A DNA stretch of 64,000 bases from Mobula hypostoma (taxonomy: Eukaryota), in assembly GCF_963921235.1 (NCBI RefSeq), contig NC_086097.1:206834001-206898000 (forward strand). Reading direction: 5' to 3'. Both the position numbers and the translations under genes were made by a program. The notes beneath the pieces were generated by a model. That model was not told where the DNA came from. It did not search any database and saw nothing but the letters and a program-made list of their open reading frames with translations. Shown in pieces: positions 1 to 13,495 of the stretch (position 1 is the stretch's first letter; every line of letters starts with the position of its first letter).

Positions 1-214
1 AGCAAACTGAAATGTGCCAGATGGCAAGAATCCCCGAAGGGCATCTTGATACACTCGAGCAATATATTTTGGGCAGATCAAAGTATGCCTTTCATTGAAC
101 TGATTATCTTCCAGCACACTCCTTAGTATGCATCCCAAGCAACATACCATAGGTCAGAGAGTTTTATTTCACAGCTGCTGGGGACCCAGTAGTGACCCTT
201 GCATCCTTTCCCAG

Positions 215-412
215 ATCTTCTTTGCAAATCCACAGTCTACACCAAGGTGTTTGATCATTTCAGCCTCATCCCAGCAGTCTCAAAAGCAGCAAATGTTGTG
301 ATTAAAACACTGACTATGAGGGAAGGATTTGATAGCAAGGGCCCCTCTAACTGCCAGTCATGCAATGTCTTGTTGGTGGATGTTGGCAATGAGCGATTCT
401 GCCAAATTGCAG
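215..412 (+). CDS. Candidate coding exon A of an unidentified host gene (phase 1 to 1)
   Basis: Acceptor catcctttcccAG ends at 214 and donor CAG|gtttct starts at 413. The 198 nt are open: (D)LLCKSTVYTKVFDHF...VLLVDVGNERFCQIA(G). In-frame stops flank it, and it does not resemble a TE. Confidence 0.45.
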
Positions 413-935
413 GTTTCTAACTCTGTAGAGAAACATCATTTGTGTTGTTACCTTTGATCTAGTTGTTTCTTATACTCACCCAGCCACACATTTAATTTGG
501 TGTGGATACAACCTGAATCTTTTTGGCATTATGCATTTTTTAAAAAACTCTCATGATTTTGTTTTGACACACAAAGATAATGTGTTCACAAATGGTATGT
601 GAACCTAATGCATGTTATCATAGTGCCTGAATGAAAGTTTTGATTCACAATATAATGTCACGGGGTTGATATGTATCTAAAGCAGCTGTATGGAACACAG
701 AAAGAAAACTGGATGAGGTAAATCACATGCTTATGCCTAAGCCTGCCTTGCTTTCCTTCAGAAATGTTCTTCTCAACCTAATTTACCTCCATGCAATCAA
801 CAGAGCAAGTTCTACTTGCATATGTCAGTTCTTTCAGGTACTATTTTAATCTCAATTGCTGCATAAGTGACATGAACAAATCTGATTTACTATTACAAGT
901 AGATAAAGATCACTGGAAGAAAATCAGATGGATGA

Positions 936-939
<4 letters not shown>

Positions 940-969
<30 letters not shown>
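940..969. repeat. (TA)n microsatellite, about 15 units
   Basis: Directly visible. Confidence 0.95.
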
Positions 970-973
<4 letters not shown>

Positions 974-1530
974 CATGAGATATCTTTCCCAGATTTTAAA
1001 TTCTGCACAAACACTGGTAAGTACTGTTTTGCCTGAGACATACTGCAGGTGTAGCTGTTGCACAGTTTGTTTGTTTCCTCTTGTGGAGCTTGATAATTAG
1101 TTTATTTTTGTTCTTCTATCACTGAAAGCATGTTCTTGATTTCGTGTGATATTTGTTTTTTTATAACACACATCAACTCTTTCTCAGGTTGAAAATTGCT
1201 AAAATGTTAACAAAAGATTCCACCCTTCTATGTATTTTTATAAGCACATAAAATCTTGTTTACATTGCTAAAACATTACTTACTGCATAATTAACAAATA
1301 CTTAGAGATCTTGTATTACACAATAATTAAAGTTTGATAATTAATCAATGGCCTACTTTGCAGTGCGCACAAACTTTACTCCAAATTCCATTCTGGGAAT
1401 TGGGTCAAATCTTCATTCTTTATTTGTATACCTTTATTACAAAGACAAACCAAGGAAGTTTGCCCAATACCATTCAACCCCACAGAAGACCTGCCCATTC
1501 TGAGCTGGCCCACATTTTCCTTTTATTTAG

Positions 1531-1763
1531 GATTACAGAATGAAAGGGTAATCAAATCTTTGATTACCAAAGGGATGAGTATATTTTCAACAATTGACTC
1601 TGAGGAGAGTATGGTTTTAGGTGCAATTCTTCTTCTGTCTTTCCTCACTTTGAAGCAGGGAGATGCCTCCCAATTGTTCATCTTGGTCAACAAAAAAGAT
1701 GTCATCAAGACACAATTATGCAGACTTCTCTGCTGTTATACTAAAGATCCTGAACTCGACAAT
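1531..1763 (+). CDS. Candidate coding exon B (phase 1 to 0); alternatively a terminal exon reading to the TGA at 1790
   Basis: Strong acceptor ttttccttttatttAG ends at 1530. Only one frame is open, and it matches the phase of exon A: (G)LQNERVIKSLITKGMSIF...CYTKDPELDN. Donor AAT|gtatgg at 1764. Confidence 0.5.
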
Positions 1764-1904
1764 GTATGGACATGGTCAGTTTTTCTGTGAAGCAAGCTTA
1801 GTGAAAGGTTGAGGTTCAAACATCAAAGTGATATTACACCAGCATTGGCAAGTAGAAGAGCTGTTATTGAAAACCCAATGTAATGTTTTCAGAAAAAGAT
1901 ATAT

Positions 1905-2122
1905 TTTTTTAATTTATTGATATGTATCACAGAATAAGCCCTTCTGGTCTTTTGTGCTGCACTACCCAGCAACCTCTGATTTAACCCCAGTCTAATCACA
2001 GGACAATTTACAATGACCAATTAAACTACCTACAGGTATGTATTTGAACTGTGGGAGGAAACTGGAGTATCCAAAGAAAACCCACACAGTCACTGGGAGA
2101 AGATACAATCTCCTTGCAGGCA
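1905..2122 (-). mobile_element. HE1/V-SINE-like SINE, degenerate
   Basis: The reverse complement contains a V-SINE-core-like stretch (ttctcccagtgactgtgtgggttttctttggatactccagtttcctcccacagttcaaa) and an A-rich tail. Recognised from memory of elasmobranch SINEs. Confidence 0.6.
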
Positions 2123-2169
2123 GAGGAGGGAAGTTCAAATCTTCTCTTTGGGCATTCAGTGAGACACAG

Positions 2170-2506
2170 TCTCACAGCTCCCCCTCTGCTATCTCTGTTG
2201 CCCTCTACCATCAGCCATGTACTCACCCAGCCTCGTGTCTTTCCTGAGAACTTGTCTTCTCCAGCCCTTTACCTTTCCTGCCCACATGGCTACACCTATC
2301 ACCTTCCAGCTAGTCCTCCTCCCCACCCCCCTTCGCCTTTTTATTCTGGCTGCTTCCCCCTTTCTTTTCAGTCATGAAGAAGGGTCTCAGCTTGAAACGT
2401 CAACTGTTCATTTTCTTTCCATAGATGCTGCCTGACCTGCTGAGTTCCTCCAGCATTTTGTGTGTATCAGTCTGGATTTCCAACATCTGCAGAATCTCTT
2501 GTGTTT
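2170..2506 (+). mobile_element. Penelope-like element 3' terminal fragment with a decayed hammerhead motif (2369-2406)
   Basis: Pyrimidine-rich tract, then cagtc-ATGAAGA-agggtctcagctt-GAAA-cgtc-aactg, then gatgctgcctgacctgctgagttcctccagcattttgtgt. Homologous to the termini at 32112 and 60420-60650. Confidence 0.65.
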
Positions 2507-2914
2507 ACAGTAATATTAATGTTTGAAAATATTGCGGAAGGATCTGCAATCAAAATAGCAAATTACCTGGTAATAACCAAGGTAAATTGTAAAGGAACTC
2601 AATAAGTTCTTACATGACTGTTCCAGTATTATATGAGATAAATATTTGAGAGTGTGCACTCTTGCACTCCTGATAATTAAGACAATCAATAAGGTGAGAG
2701 GTACCAACAATGCCTCGTAATAACGTAATACAACATGGAAATTTGCCAAATTGGTCCATGAAAACCATAGTATCCTTCCTGCTAGTCCCAATTTCCTGTG
2801 TTATGACCTCGATCTTCTAAGCTCCTTCTCTCCATTTACCTGTCAAAATGCCTCAATTTTGAAATTGCACCCACCTCAAAGAATTCCTCTTGAGGCTCAC
2901 TAAGTATAAATATC

Positions 2915-3400
2915 CCCTCTATCGAGCCTTGCAATATTTGATAGGTTTATTGAGATGCACCACATCCTTCTAAACTCCAAAGGGTACAGGCCAGATGACC
3001 CTCTTACATTAAACCTTTCACCTTTAGGCTCATTCTTGTAAACATCCTCTGAGCCTACTGCATGCCAGCACAAACTTCCTTAGATAAGGGAACCCAGACT
3101 TGCTCACAATACTCCAAAGGTTTTCTGAAAATGCCTCAGCATTACATTCTTAACTTTATATTTTAGACCTCTCAAAATGAATGCTAACATTGCATTTGCC
3201 TTCTTTACTGCCAACTCAACTTGAAAATTAACCCTCAGGGAATCCTGCATGAAGACTCCCAAGTACATTTGCACCTCCATTTTCTTAATTTGCTTCCCAT
3301 TTAGAAAACAGTGTATAGCTTTATTCCTTCTACTAAAATGTACACACCTACACCGTATTCCATCTGGCACTGCTTTGACATCTTTCCAATCTATCCAAGT
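2915..3400 (-). mobile_element. CR1 LINE ORF2 fragment
   Basis: LGVFMQDSLRVNFQVELAVKKANAMLAFILRG matches the CR1 RT C-terminal region seen in other copies in this window. Confidence 0.8.
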
Positions 3401-3404
3401 CCAT

Positions 3405-4183
3405 GGAGTGAGGATGACAATGATGAAACAATAAGACTGGCAGGAACACGTACCAATCCTCATAGAGGGATCGGAAGTGGAGAGAGTGAGCAGCTTCAAG
3501 TTCCTGGGTGTCTAGATATCTGAGGATCTAATCTGGTCCCAACATATTGAAGTAGTCATAAAGAAGGCAAGACAGCGGCTATACTTTATTAGGAGTTTGA
3601 AGCGATTTGGCATGGCAACAATTACACTCAAAAACTTCTATAGTTGTACCGTGGAGAGCATTCTGACAGGCTGCATCACTGTCTGGTATGGAGGGGCTAC
3701 TGCACAGGACCAAAAGAAGCTGCAGAAGGTTGTGAATCAGTGTCCACCTTGGGCACTAACTTACAAAGTACCCAGGACATCTTTAGGAAGTGGTGTCTCA
3801 GAAAGGCAGCGTCCACTATTAAAGACCTCCAGCACCCAGGGCATTCACTTTTCTTACTGTTACCATCAGGTAGGAGATACAGAAGCCTGAAGGCACACAC
3901 TCAGTGATTCAGGAACAGCTTCTTCCCCTCTGTCATCCAAATCCTAAATGGACTTAGAAGCTTTGGACACTACCTTACTTTTTTAATATACAGTATTTCT
4001 GTTTTTGCATATTTTTAACATCTATTCAATATACGTAATTGATTTACTTGTTTATTTATTATGTTTTATTTATTATTATTATTTTTTCTCTCTGCTAGAT
4101 TATATATTGCATCGAACTGCTGCTGCTAAGTTAACAAACTTCACGTCACATGCCGGTGATAATAAACCTGATTCTGATTCTGA
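3405..4183 (+). mobile_element. Rex1/Babar-clade LINE, 5'-truncated
   Basis: VERVSSFKFLG and FYSCTVESILTGCITVWYG motifs. Ends AATAAA plus (ctgatt)n. Confidence 0.85.
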
Positions 4184-4303
4184 CATATGTCACAGCTTGC
4201 TCCAATAAAGACCATAAAAGTGAAGTCATGCAAGACTGAAGATGAAACCATTACTAATGATCGTATTGACAAGCTAACCCCTCTAGTGACAGATCCATCA
4301 ACT

Positions 4304-4527
4304 ATTGCTCAACCAGTCAACAAGTTGCTGAAAGGCAGTAAGTGAGGTGACCCAGTGATGCCCAATGAAAAACAACTGAAGGTGTTTCAAACTTTAAAGG
4401 TGACATTGCGTACTACACCTCCATTAAGAACCCCTGATACAGTAAACCATTTACCCTGTATGTCAACGAGAAACACGTGATGGAAGTTTTAACTCAAGAA
4501 CGTGGAGACTGACAGCATCCTGTTGGT
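4304..4527 (+). mobile_element. Small retroviral pol fragment (RT connection/tether region), class I (gamma/epsilon)-like
   Basis: Manual translation with one frameshift gives IAQPVNKLLKG...FQTLKVTLRTTPPLRTPD/SKPFTLYVNEKHVMEVLTQERGD*QHPVG. This resembles the APALGLPDYSKPFTLYV..GVLTQ..RPVAY motif. Confidence 0.55.
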
Positions 4528-4599
4528 CTGCCAAAGATCTTATTCTGTACACTGATGTTTCCTCAATAACTGAGAGATGAAACATGGCTCCTGGTAGCT

Positions 4600-5850
4600 C
4601 TATTGCTGGCCTTTTCTCTTAAGCACCTTTCTGTATATATATCCTTGTTGCCGGGTAGGCTGGGGCATACGATGTACTGGGCAAATTTTGACTACTCTTT
4701 GTAGAGCCTTCCTGTCTACCGTAGGCACCTTCCATACCATGCAGTGTTGCAGCATGATCTACTGCACATCTGTAAAAGGTTAAGAGCATCGATGAACATA
4801 GTTGAGCTCTCTTTAGACTCCTGAAAACATGGAGACATTGGTTAGCTTTTTTGATTGTGCAGAATGTGTTCTGGGACTATGACAGGTTGTGTGAGGTGTG
4901 CACTCCCAGGAGTTTGAAAATGCTCAGTTTCCACTGGTGCCACCAATGTAAAGAAGAGAGAAAGTGGTGCAAGTTCTCTTGATGTCAATAACCATCACCT
5001 TTGCCTTGTTGACATTAAAGTAGAGGTTATTTCCCTGGCACTAGCCCTCGAGCTCTTCCACCTCCTCTCTGTAGGTGATCTCATTGGTGCTGATCCCCAT
5101 CGCTATGGTGTCATTGGCGAACCTGACAACGTGATTGCTCACACATGACTGCATGACCAATCACCCGAGTAGAGCGAATGGCAGTGGACTCGGCACACAG
5201 ACCTGAGGGGCACCTATGCTGAGGATGATGGGAAAGGAGTAGGTGACTATCTGAGGTCTGTTGGTTAGGAAGTCCAACATCCAGTTGCACAGTGGTGTAT
5301 TTAGACCGAGGAGTAAGAGTTTGTTCACCAGGGTCCTTGGGACAATAGTGTTGAATGCCGAACTGAATTTCAGAAACAGCATTCTGTCGTAATTCCCCTT
5401 GTTTTCTGGGTGTGTCAGGGCCAGATGCATGAAAGATGCTACAGCCTATTATGGGTGTTAACTCCATTCAGAGTCTTTCTCATGTCAGCTGCTCTTATGG
5501 ACAGTGGGGTTCTATTGCATCAGATGCTATGGCAGCTGAAATAGAGAGGTCCTGTCAGTAAGCATGTTGGTCCGTGTCCAATGGGGTACGAACGGAGTTT
5601 TTGATGTGTACCAGCCATTCACAACACTTCATAATGATTGGTGTCAGTGCCACTGGTAGTCCTGTAGTTTTGAAAACGTTGAGTTCTTTGGTATAAGGAT
5701 GATGGTGGCTGATTTGAAACAGCAGTTAGGATGAGTGAAATTTTGAAGATGTCCTTGAAGACATGAGCTGGTGTGCTTATTGCCTGAGTACTCAGCCCAG
5801 CTGCCGAAAGGGTGTTAACACTCTTGAGTGCTTCTCATGTCCGTTGCTCT
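4600..5850 (-). mobile_element. Rex1/Babar LINE fragment, old
   Basis: [27 protein letters not shown] and GAPQ motifs. Confidence 0.8.
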
Positions 5851-7331
5851 TACAGACAGTGGTTACTCTCATGGAAGTGGGGATTCTTGAAAGATCATTA
5901 CTAATGCCTCCACAATCTCTTCAGCTACCTCCTTTAGAACTCTAGGACGTAGTCCATGTGACTTATCCATTTTCAAACCTTTCAACTTCCCAAGCACCTT
6001 CTCCTTTGTAATCGCAGCTACACTCAGAATATTCCCCTCCAAGTGCACACCTTCCTAATTTGGAAGATATCACATTTCTTCATCATAACTTGTTTACCAA
6101 AAGCATTGTGGGAGTACCTTTTAACAGATTGAATACAGCAGTTCAAATTAATCTTCTCAAGGCCAAGGAAGGATGTGCATTAAATGCATGGGAGTAATAA
6201 TACACCTTGAAAATATATAACAGTAGATTTTCAGCAAACATCTTGTGTACTGCATCAAAAGGTCTAACATGAAAGCTGGCTCTGGTACTCTTCCCACAGA
6301 TACTACCAGGCACACAGACTGTTTTTATTGCAGGAGTGTGTGCATTAGTTTCTTCGGACATCCAAATAAAAGGAGTGAAGTGGAAGGGTACTTTTCAATT
6401 AAAGCCCTGTACTAATATATCAGATCCAATACTATGAAAATACATGAGTAACAGAAATATTTAAAAAATCTTCATATATAAGAAAACTTAAATTTCCACA
6501 GAAGATACTGTCATGGAGATAAATAACTGCAAATAAAATTTCAAGTCAAAGGAGCAAAATTAGTTTTCAACATTTATGTTTATTATATATCTTTAAATAT
6601 GTGGAGTGTCTGTTATGCAAAGATGGGGTTGCATTTACAAGAAGTTTGATGTATTTGACTAGTCGAATATGTTTATATTGTTTCATATTAATTCATAGTA
6701 GAACATTCAGCAGAAAGTGTCGGTATTAATTCTAGCATTAATGTGACTGTTTAATGCTTTCAACTGTACTTAAGTATATAACATTACTGTTAAAGTGTAT
6801 ATTTCCCCTTTATATGGGTAATTTTTTGAAAGGCAAATTGTTTGCTGTTCATTATGCTGAAAGCTTGTCATGTTGAGTGTATAATAATATGAATAATTTT
6901 CAGTTAAGTACATAGTTTTATAGTTGAAACCTTCCCTCTCCTACCATTACAAATGCTAATCTGTTAATTATTCATTTACTTAATAGCCAAGCTAGTGTAA
7001 AAACAACCTCTAAACTCTTTTGATGGTCCTAAACTATCCTATTATTGTAAGTATTAAAAAACACTTAACTAATTGATTACCCTAACTCCACAGAATACAC
7101 TTAGAGATTCCTCTTATAATGGGCACTCAGCTTAATGTGCAATAATACAAGTCCTTAATTGTCTGTATGTTGGCATGGATTATTTTACAATTGTAATAAA
7201 TTATATGAAAGGATTGACTGAAGTCTAGTAACTGAATGCTAAATCATCAAGGCAGTGAAAGACAAGGAAAGCCTACATAGTCTGTTGAAAAGCTCAATTC
7301 TCCAATTTTATATTCTATAACTTCTTCCTAG

Positions 7332-7398
7332 GATTCCTCTGAGCTGCACTCTGACATTCACACTTTGGAGGAGTACTTTATCTGGAATTACTATGAAA
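7332..7398 (+). CDS. Candidate exon C (phase 0; weak donor at 7399, otherwise reads to the TGA at 7424)
   Basis: Strong acceptor ctataacttcttcctAG ends at 7331. Reads DSSELHSDIHTLEEYFIWNYYE, in phase with exon B. Donor AAA|gtgtga is weak. Confidence 0.4.
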
Positions 7399-7489
7399 GT
7401 GTGATTCAGGCAGCTGCACCTTGACTGCTCCACCAGAGCTTCCAATATACAGCTATAGGCAGGACGGTCTTTACTTAATTAGATTAATA

Positions 7490-10400
7490 ATAATCTATTT
7501 TTCTTGAAATGAATGCCAACATTACATTTGCCTTCCTCAGCACAGGCTCAATCTGCAGACTAACCTTCAAGGAATCCTGCACAAGGACTCCCAAGGCCCT
7601 TTGCACCTCAGTTTTTCAAAAATATTTTCTCTCTATTTAGAAAGTAGTCAACCCTATCATTTCTTTGACTGGAGTGCATGACTATACATTTCCTGACATT
7701 GTATTCCATCTGCCATTTTTTGCCCTGTCTGCTAATGTCTAATTCCTTCTGTAGACTATACTTCCTCAAAACTACCTACCTTACCAACTATTGATTCTTC
7801 ATATCAGCTGAAAATTTTGCATCAAAACCATCAATTCCATCATCCAAATCATTAACTTATAACAGGGAAAGAATAGGTCCCAACACAGACCCCTGTTGAA
7901 CACCACTAGTCACCAGCAGCCAGACAGCGAAGGCTCCCTTTCTTCCCACTCTTTGCCTTCTGCCAATCTGCCACTTCTTTATTCATGCTAGAATTTTTTT
8001 CTGTAATACCATGAGCGCATAGCTTGTCAAGCAGCCTCACGTGTAGCACCTTGTCAAAGACCTTCTGAAAATCCTGCGTGTTATTACTTCAAATACTTCT
8101 ATCAGATTTGTCTCTTGTGGAAACCATTTTGACTATGCAGTCTATTTTATCATGTCCAAGTACCCTGAGACCTTACCCTGAATGATCAAATCCAACATCT
8201 TTCGAAAATCTGAGGTTAGACTAACTGACCTATAGTTTCCTTCCTTTGTCTCTCTCCCTTCTTCAAAAGTGGAATGACATTTACAATTTTCTGGGACAAT
8301 TCCTGAATCGAGTGAAGGTCATTACTAATACCTCCACAATCTCTTCAGCCACATCTTTTAGAACCCTGGGGTCTACACCATCTGGTCTAGGTGACTTATC
8401 TACCTTCAGACTTTTCAGTTTCCCCAAGAGCCTTCTCTCTAGTAATGCTAACTTCACTCACCTCATGACCTCTGACATCTGGAACTTACACCAAACTGCT
8501 AATGTCTTCCACAGTGAAGACTTTTGGAAAATACATATTCAGTTCGTCTGCCCTTGTCCCCAATTTCTACCTTCCCAGCAGTCCAATATTCACTCTCACC
8601 TCTATTTACACTTTATGTATCTGAATAAACTTTTAGTATCATCTTTAGTATTATTGACTAGTTTATTTTTGTATTCCATTTCTACCTTAATGACTTTTTC
8701 AATTGCCTTCTGTTGGTTTTTAAAAGCTTCCCAATCCTCTAACTTGCTCTATTATATGCCCTCTCTTTGGCTTTTTGGCTTTTATGTTGGCTTTGACTTC
8801 TCTTGTTAGCCATGGTTGTGTCGTCTTGTCTTTAAAATACTTGGTCCTCATTGAGATGTATATATGCTGAGCCTTCCAGAAATTCCAGCCATTGCTGCTG
8901 TGTTGTCATCCCTGCCAGTATCCTTTTCCAATCAATTCCAGCCAACTCCTCTCTCATGCATCTGTAATTCTCTTCTCTCCACTGTAATATTGATACATTT
9001 GACTTTAGTTTCTCCTTCTCAATTTCAGGTTGATCACCTCCCCGAAGGCTTCTTTTACCTTAATCAATTCATTACACAACACCCAATCCAGAATAGCTGA
9101 TCCCCTAGTAGGCTCAACCACAAACTGCTCTAAAAAGCCATCTCATATGCACTTCAGAAATTCCCCCTTCTTTGATCTAGGACCAACCTGATTTTCCCAA
9201 TCTACCTGCATTTTGAAATTGAATTGAGTTGACTTTATTTCTTACATCCTTCACATACATGAGGAGTAAATATCTTTATGTTACATCTCCAGCTAAATGT
9301 GCCATGTGCAATCACTGTAATTTATAATAATCTACAATAAATAGAACAGTCAATGTAATATAGAGTACACTCAAATCAGCATGAGTTCATTAGACCTGAT
9401 GGCCTGGTGGAAGAAGCTGTCTCGGAGCCTATTGGTCCTGGCTTTTATGCTGCGTTACCGCTTCCCGGATGGTAGCAGCTGGAATAGATTGTGGTTGGGA
9501 TGACTTGGGTCCCCAATGATCCTACGGGCCCTTTTTACACACCTGCCCTTGTAAATGCCCTGAATCATGGGAAGTTCACAACTACAGATGCACTGAGCTG
9601 TCTGCACCACTCTCTGCAGTGTCCTGTGATTAAGGGAGGTACATTTCCCACACCAGGCAGTGATACTGCCAGTCAGGATGCTCTCAATTGCGCTCCTGTA
9701 GAAAGTTCTTAAGATTTGGGGGCCCATACCAAACATCTTCTGCCTTTTTCACCAAACAGCTGGTGTGTACAGACCACGTGAGGTCCTCGGTGATGTGGAT
9801 ACCAAGGAACTTGAAGCGGTTTACCCTCTCAACCCCAGATCCATTGATGTCAATAGGGTTTAGCCTGTCTCCATTCCTTCTGTAATCCACAACCAGCTCC
9901 TTTGTTTTTGTGACATTGAGGGAAAGGTTGTTTTCTTAACTTCTTCCCTGTCGGCCACCTCATAATTGTTTGAGATTAGGCCAATCAACGTAGTGTTGTC
10001 AGCAAATTTAATTAGCAGATTGGAGCTGTGGGTGGCGGTACAGTCATGGGTATACAGGGAGTAAAGGAGGGGACTCAGTACGCAGCCCTGAGGGGCTCCT
10101 GTATTGAGAGTTAGAGGGTTGGAAGTGAGGGAACCCACTTTTACAACCTGCTGGCGATCTGACACAAAATCTAGGATCCAGATGCACAAGGCAGGGTCAA
10201 GGCCGAGGTCTCTGAGCTTCTTGTCGAGCCTGGATAGAACTATAGTGTTGAATGCTGAACTGTAGTCCAAGAACAGCGTTCTTATATAAGCATCCTTCTC
10301 CAGATGTGTAAGGACGGTATGTAGAGCAGTGGTTATTGTGTCATCTGTCGATCGGTTGTGTCGGTAGGTGAATTGTAAGGGATCCAGTCTGGGTGACTAT

Positions 10401-10940
10401 CCCCCATGATTATAGTAACATCGCCCTTTTAGCATGAATTTTCTACCTCCTGTTATAATTTGTAAATCACATCCTTACTACTGAATGTATACTATTGTCT
10501 GTATACAACTCCCATCAGGGTCTTCTTACCCTTGCATTTCCTTAGCTCTATCCACAATGATTGAATACCTCACCTCTTTCACCTCTTTCTAATGATTTGA
10601 TTTCATTTTTTACCAACAGAGCATCGCCGCCCCCTTTGTCTTCCTGCCTGTCTTTTCGAAACAGTGTATTTCCTTGGACATTAAGCTCCCAGCTGTAATC
10701 TTCATTCAGCCATAATTCAGTGATGACTACAACATCATACACATCAATCTGCAACTGTGTTGCAAGTTCATCAACCTTATTCCGTATATTGCACACATTC
10801 AAATATGCACCTTTAGTCCTGTTTCTTGCTAACCTTTTCCGATTTAGCCTGCCTTTTATGTTGCAACTCATCCTGTTGTCAGCAATTTTGCCCTATCAAC
10901 AGCCTCTCCTCACTATATATTGCCTGTGTTTGTAAACCAA
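7490..10940 (-). mobile_element. CR1 LINE ORF2 (EN-RT), decayed, split by a Rex1 insertion
   Basis: EN N-terminus YLNVCNIRNKVDEL..VITELWL at 10548-10871 and RT remnants at 7490-8450. The sequence rejoins across 9220-10398 (..gcattttgaaat|cccccatgattatag..). Confidence 0.85.
9220..10398 (-). mobile_element. Rex1/Babar LINE nested in CR1
   Basis: [33 protein letters not shown] and KFADNTT motifs, with the 3' tail at 9220. Confidence 0.9.
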
Positions 10941-11029
10941 CTACCTTATCTTCAGCATTATCACTCCACCCATTCCCCTATCCTCCCATTACCTATTAAA
11001 TTCCCCAATGGCATGCAAATCGAATAGCC

Positions 11030-11460
11030 TCTGACAGCCAAGTCCAGCTCCTGGCATTCATATGTGGCCCGATGGAACGATTTCTACAGAATGAAGGGGC
11101 AAAAGCAGGTTACTGGCAGCTTAAAACCATTCAGGCAACTGGGGCTCATCAGCCATGGCTGGCAGCTCAACTAGGAGAAGGAAAACTCTGATATCAAACC
11201 TCGACTGCCTTATGGTTATACCATTCTCAAGGAAGGCTTCTGGAGTAAACCCCAAGGAGAATCTAGAATTGGAGTCCCTAGGGCAGTCCTATATTGAGTT
11301 CAATGCTGACTGGCAACTCATGTGACACTGCTGGTGTCAAACTGTATCGGTTCCTGCTGTTTCTTTGGCTTTATCAGCTGCATGGAGACAGGGAGCCTGC
11401 TGCATGGGCCACAGCTTGCTCTCCATGTCATACCACCCTGGCTTGCGTACTGGCCTATGT
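11030..11460 (+). mobile_element. Possible RTE-related 5'UTR or non-autonomous element
   Basis: ggcagctcaactaggagaaggaaaactctgatatcaaacc resembles RTE 5'UTR motifs (recalled, not searched). No ORF. Confidence 0.35.
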
Positions 11461-11528
11461 AGAAGATTGAGCAGAGGAAGGCTTTTTCCACTGAGTTGGA
11501 TGGGACTACAAGTGGAGGTCAAAGGTTA

Positions 11529-13495
11529 AGAATTAGAATCTGGTTTAATATCACTGGCATACTTTGTGAAATTTGTTAACTTTGTGGCAGCAGTACAATG
11601 CAGTACGTGATAAATATAGAAGAAACTGAATTACTATAAATAAATAAATATATAGGCTAAATTAAGATAAGTAATGCAGAAACAGAAATTTTAAAAATTG
11701 TAGTGAGATATTGTTCATGGGTTCAATGTCCATTTAGAATCAGATGGCAGAGGGGAAGAAGCTGACCCTAAATTACTCAGTGTGCGCCTTCAGGCTCTGT
11801 ACCTCCTTTCTGATGAGAAGAGGGCATGTTCTCGGTGGTGGTGGGGTCCTTGATGATGGAAGCCACTCTTTCATAAGTTGAGGGATAGAGTTTAAGAGTC
11901 GCGATGTAATGATGCAGCTCTATAAAATTCTGGTTAGGCCACACTTGGAGTACTGTGTCCAGTTCTGGTCACCTCATTATAGGAAGGATGTGGAAGCATT
12001 GGAAAGGGTACAGAGGAGATTTACGAGGATGCTGCCTGGTTTAGAAAGTATGGATTATGATCAGAGATTAAGGGAGCTAGGGTTTTACTCTTTGGAGAGA
12101 AGGAGGATGAGAGGAGACATGATAGAGGTGTACAAGATAATAAGAGGAATAGATAGAGTGGATAGCCAGCACCTCTTCCCCAGGGCACCGCTGCTCAATA
12201 CAAGAGGACATGGCTTTAAGGTAAGGGGTGGGAAGTTCAAGGGGGATATTAGAGGAAGGTTTTTTACTCAGAGAGTGGTTGGTGTGTGGAATGCACTGCC
12301 TGAGTCAGTGGTGGAGGCAGATACACTAGTGAAGTTTAAGAGACTACTAGACAGGTATATGGAGGAATTTAATGTGGGCGCTTATATGGGAGGCAGGGTT
12401 TGGAGGTCGGCACAATATTGTGGGCCGAAGGGCCTGTAATGCACTGTACTATTCTATGTTCTTAAGCACCGCTTCTTGAAGATGTCTTGGATACTACAAA
12501 GGCAAGTACCCATGATGGAGCTGACTGATCTTACAATTCTGTGCAGTTTACTTCGATCCTGTGCAGAAGTCCACCCCCTCCGTACCAGACAGTGATGCAA
12601 CTAGTCAGAATGCTCCTGACAGAACATCTGTAGGAGTTTTTGATTATTTTAGGTTAAAACCATATCTCCTCAAAACTCTTGATGAAATATACCTCCTGTC
12701 TTGCCTTCTTTATTGCTGCATCAAAATGTTGGCACCAGGTTAGATCCTCACAGATTTTGACACCCAGGAACTTGAAATTGCTCACTCTCTCCACTTCTGG
12801 TTCCTCTATCAGTATTGGTTTGTGCTCCATTGTTTTTTCCTTTCTGAAGTCCACAAACAAATCTTTGTCTTACTGACATTGAGTGCAAGGTTGTTTCTGT
12901 GACACCACTCAGCTAGCTGGTATATCTCACTCATGTACGCCCATCTGCGATTCTGCCAACAATAGTTGTATCATTAACAAACTTACAGATGGGATTTGAG
13001 GTATATCAGTCATGTGTATAGAGAGAGTAGATCAGTTGGCTAAGCACACATCCCTGAGGTGCACCAGTATTGACTGTTCCTAAGATGGAAATATTATTAC
13101 TCATCTACACTGCTTATGATATTTTGGTTAGAAAGTCAAGGATCTAGATGCAGAGGGAGGTACATACACCCAGGTTCTGTAGCTTTTTGATCAGGACTGA
13201 AGGAATGTTGGTACTAAATATTGAGCTATAGTCAATAACAGCATCCTGACATGGGTATTTGTATTGTCCAGGTGATCCAAGACTATATGGAGAGCCATTG
13301 AGATCTCATCCGCTGTAGACCTATCGTGGTGATAGGCAAATTGCAATGGATTCAGGATTTTGCTGAGGCAGGAGTTAATTCCAGCCATGACCACCCTCTC
13401 AAAGCACTTCATCATCATAGATGTGAGGCCCTACCAACCAATAGTTGTTAAGGCAGCTCACACTGCTCTTCTTGGGCACTGGTATAATTGGACAC
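11529..13495 (-). mobile_element. Rex1/Babar LINE inserted in an old CR1 3' fragment (about 11462-11528 and 13496-13735)
   Basis: MKCFERVVM..PLQFAY and VERVSNFKFLG motifs, with the tail at 11529. Confidence 0.8.
11873..12461 (+). mobile_element. CR1 LINE 3' fragment nested in Rex1 (open 176-aa ORF2 C-terminus)
   Basis: LYKILVRPHLEYCVQFWSP..FFTQRVVGVWNALP, with tail tattctatgttct. Confidence 0.9.
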
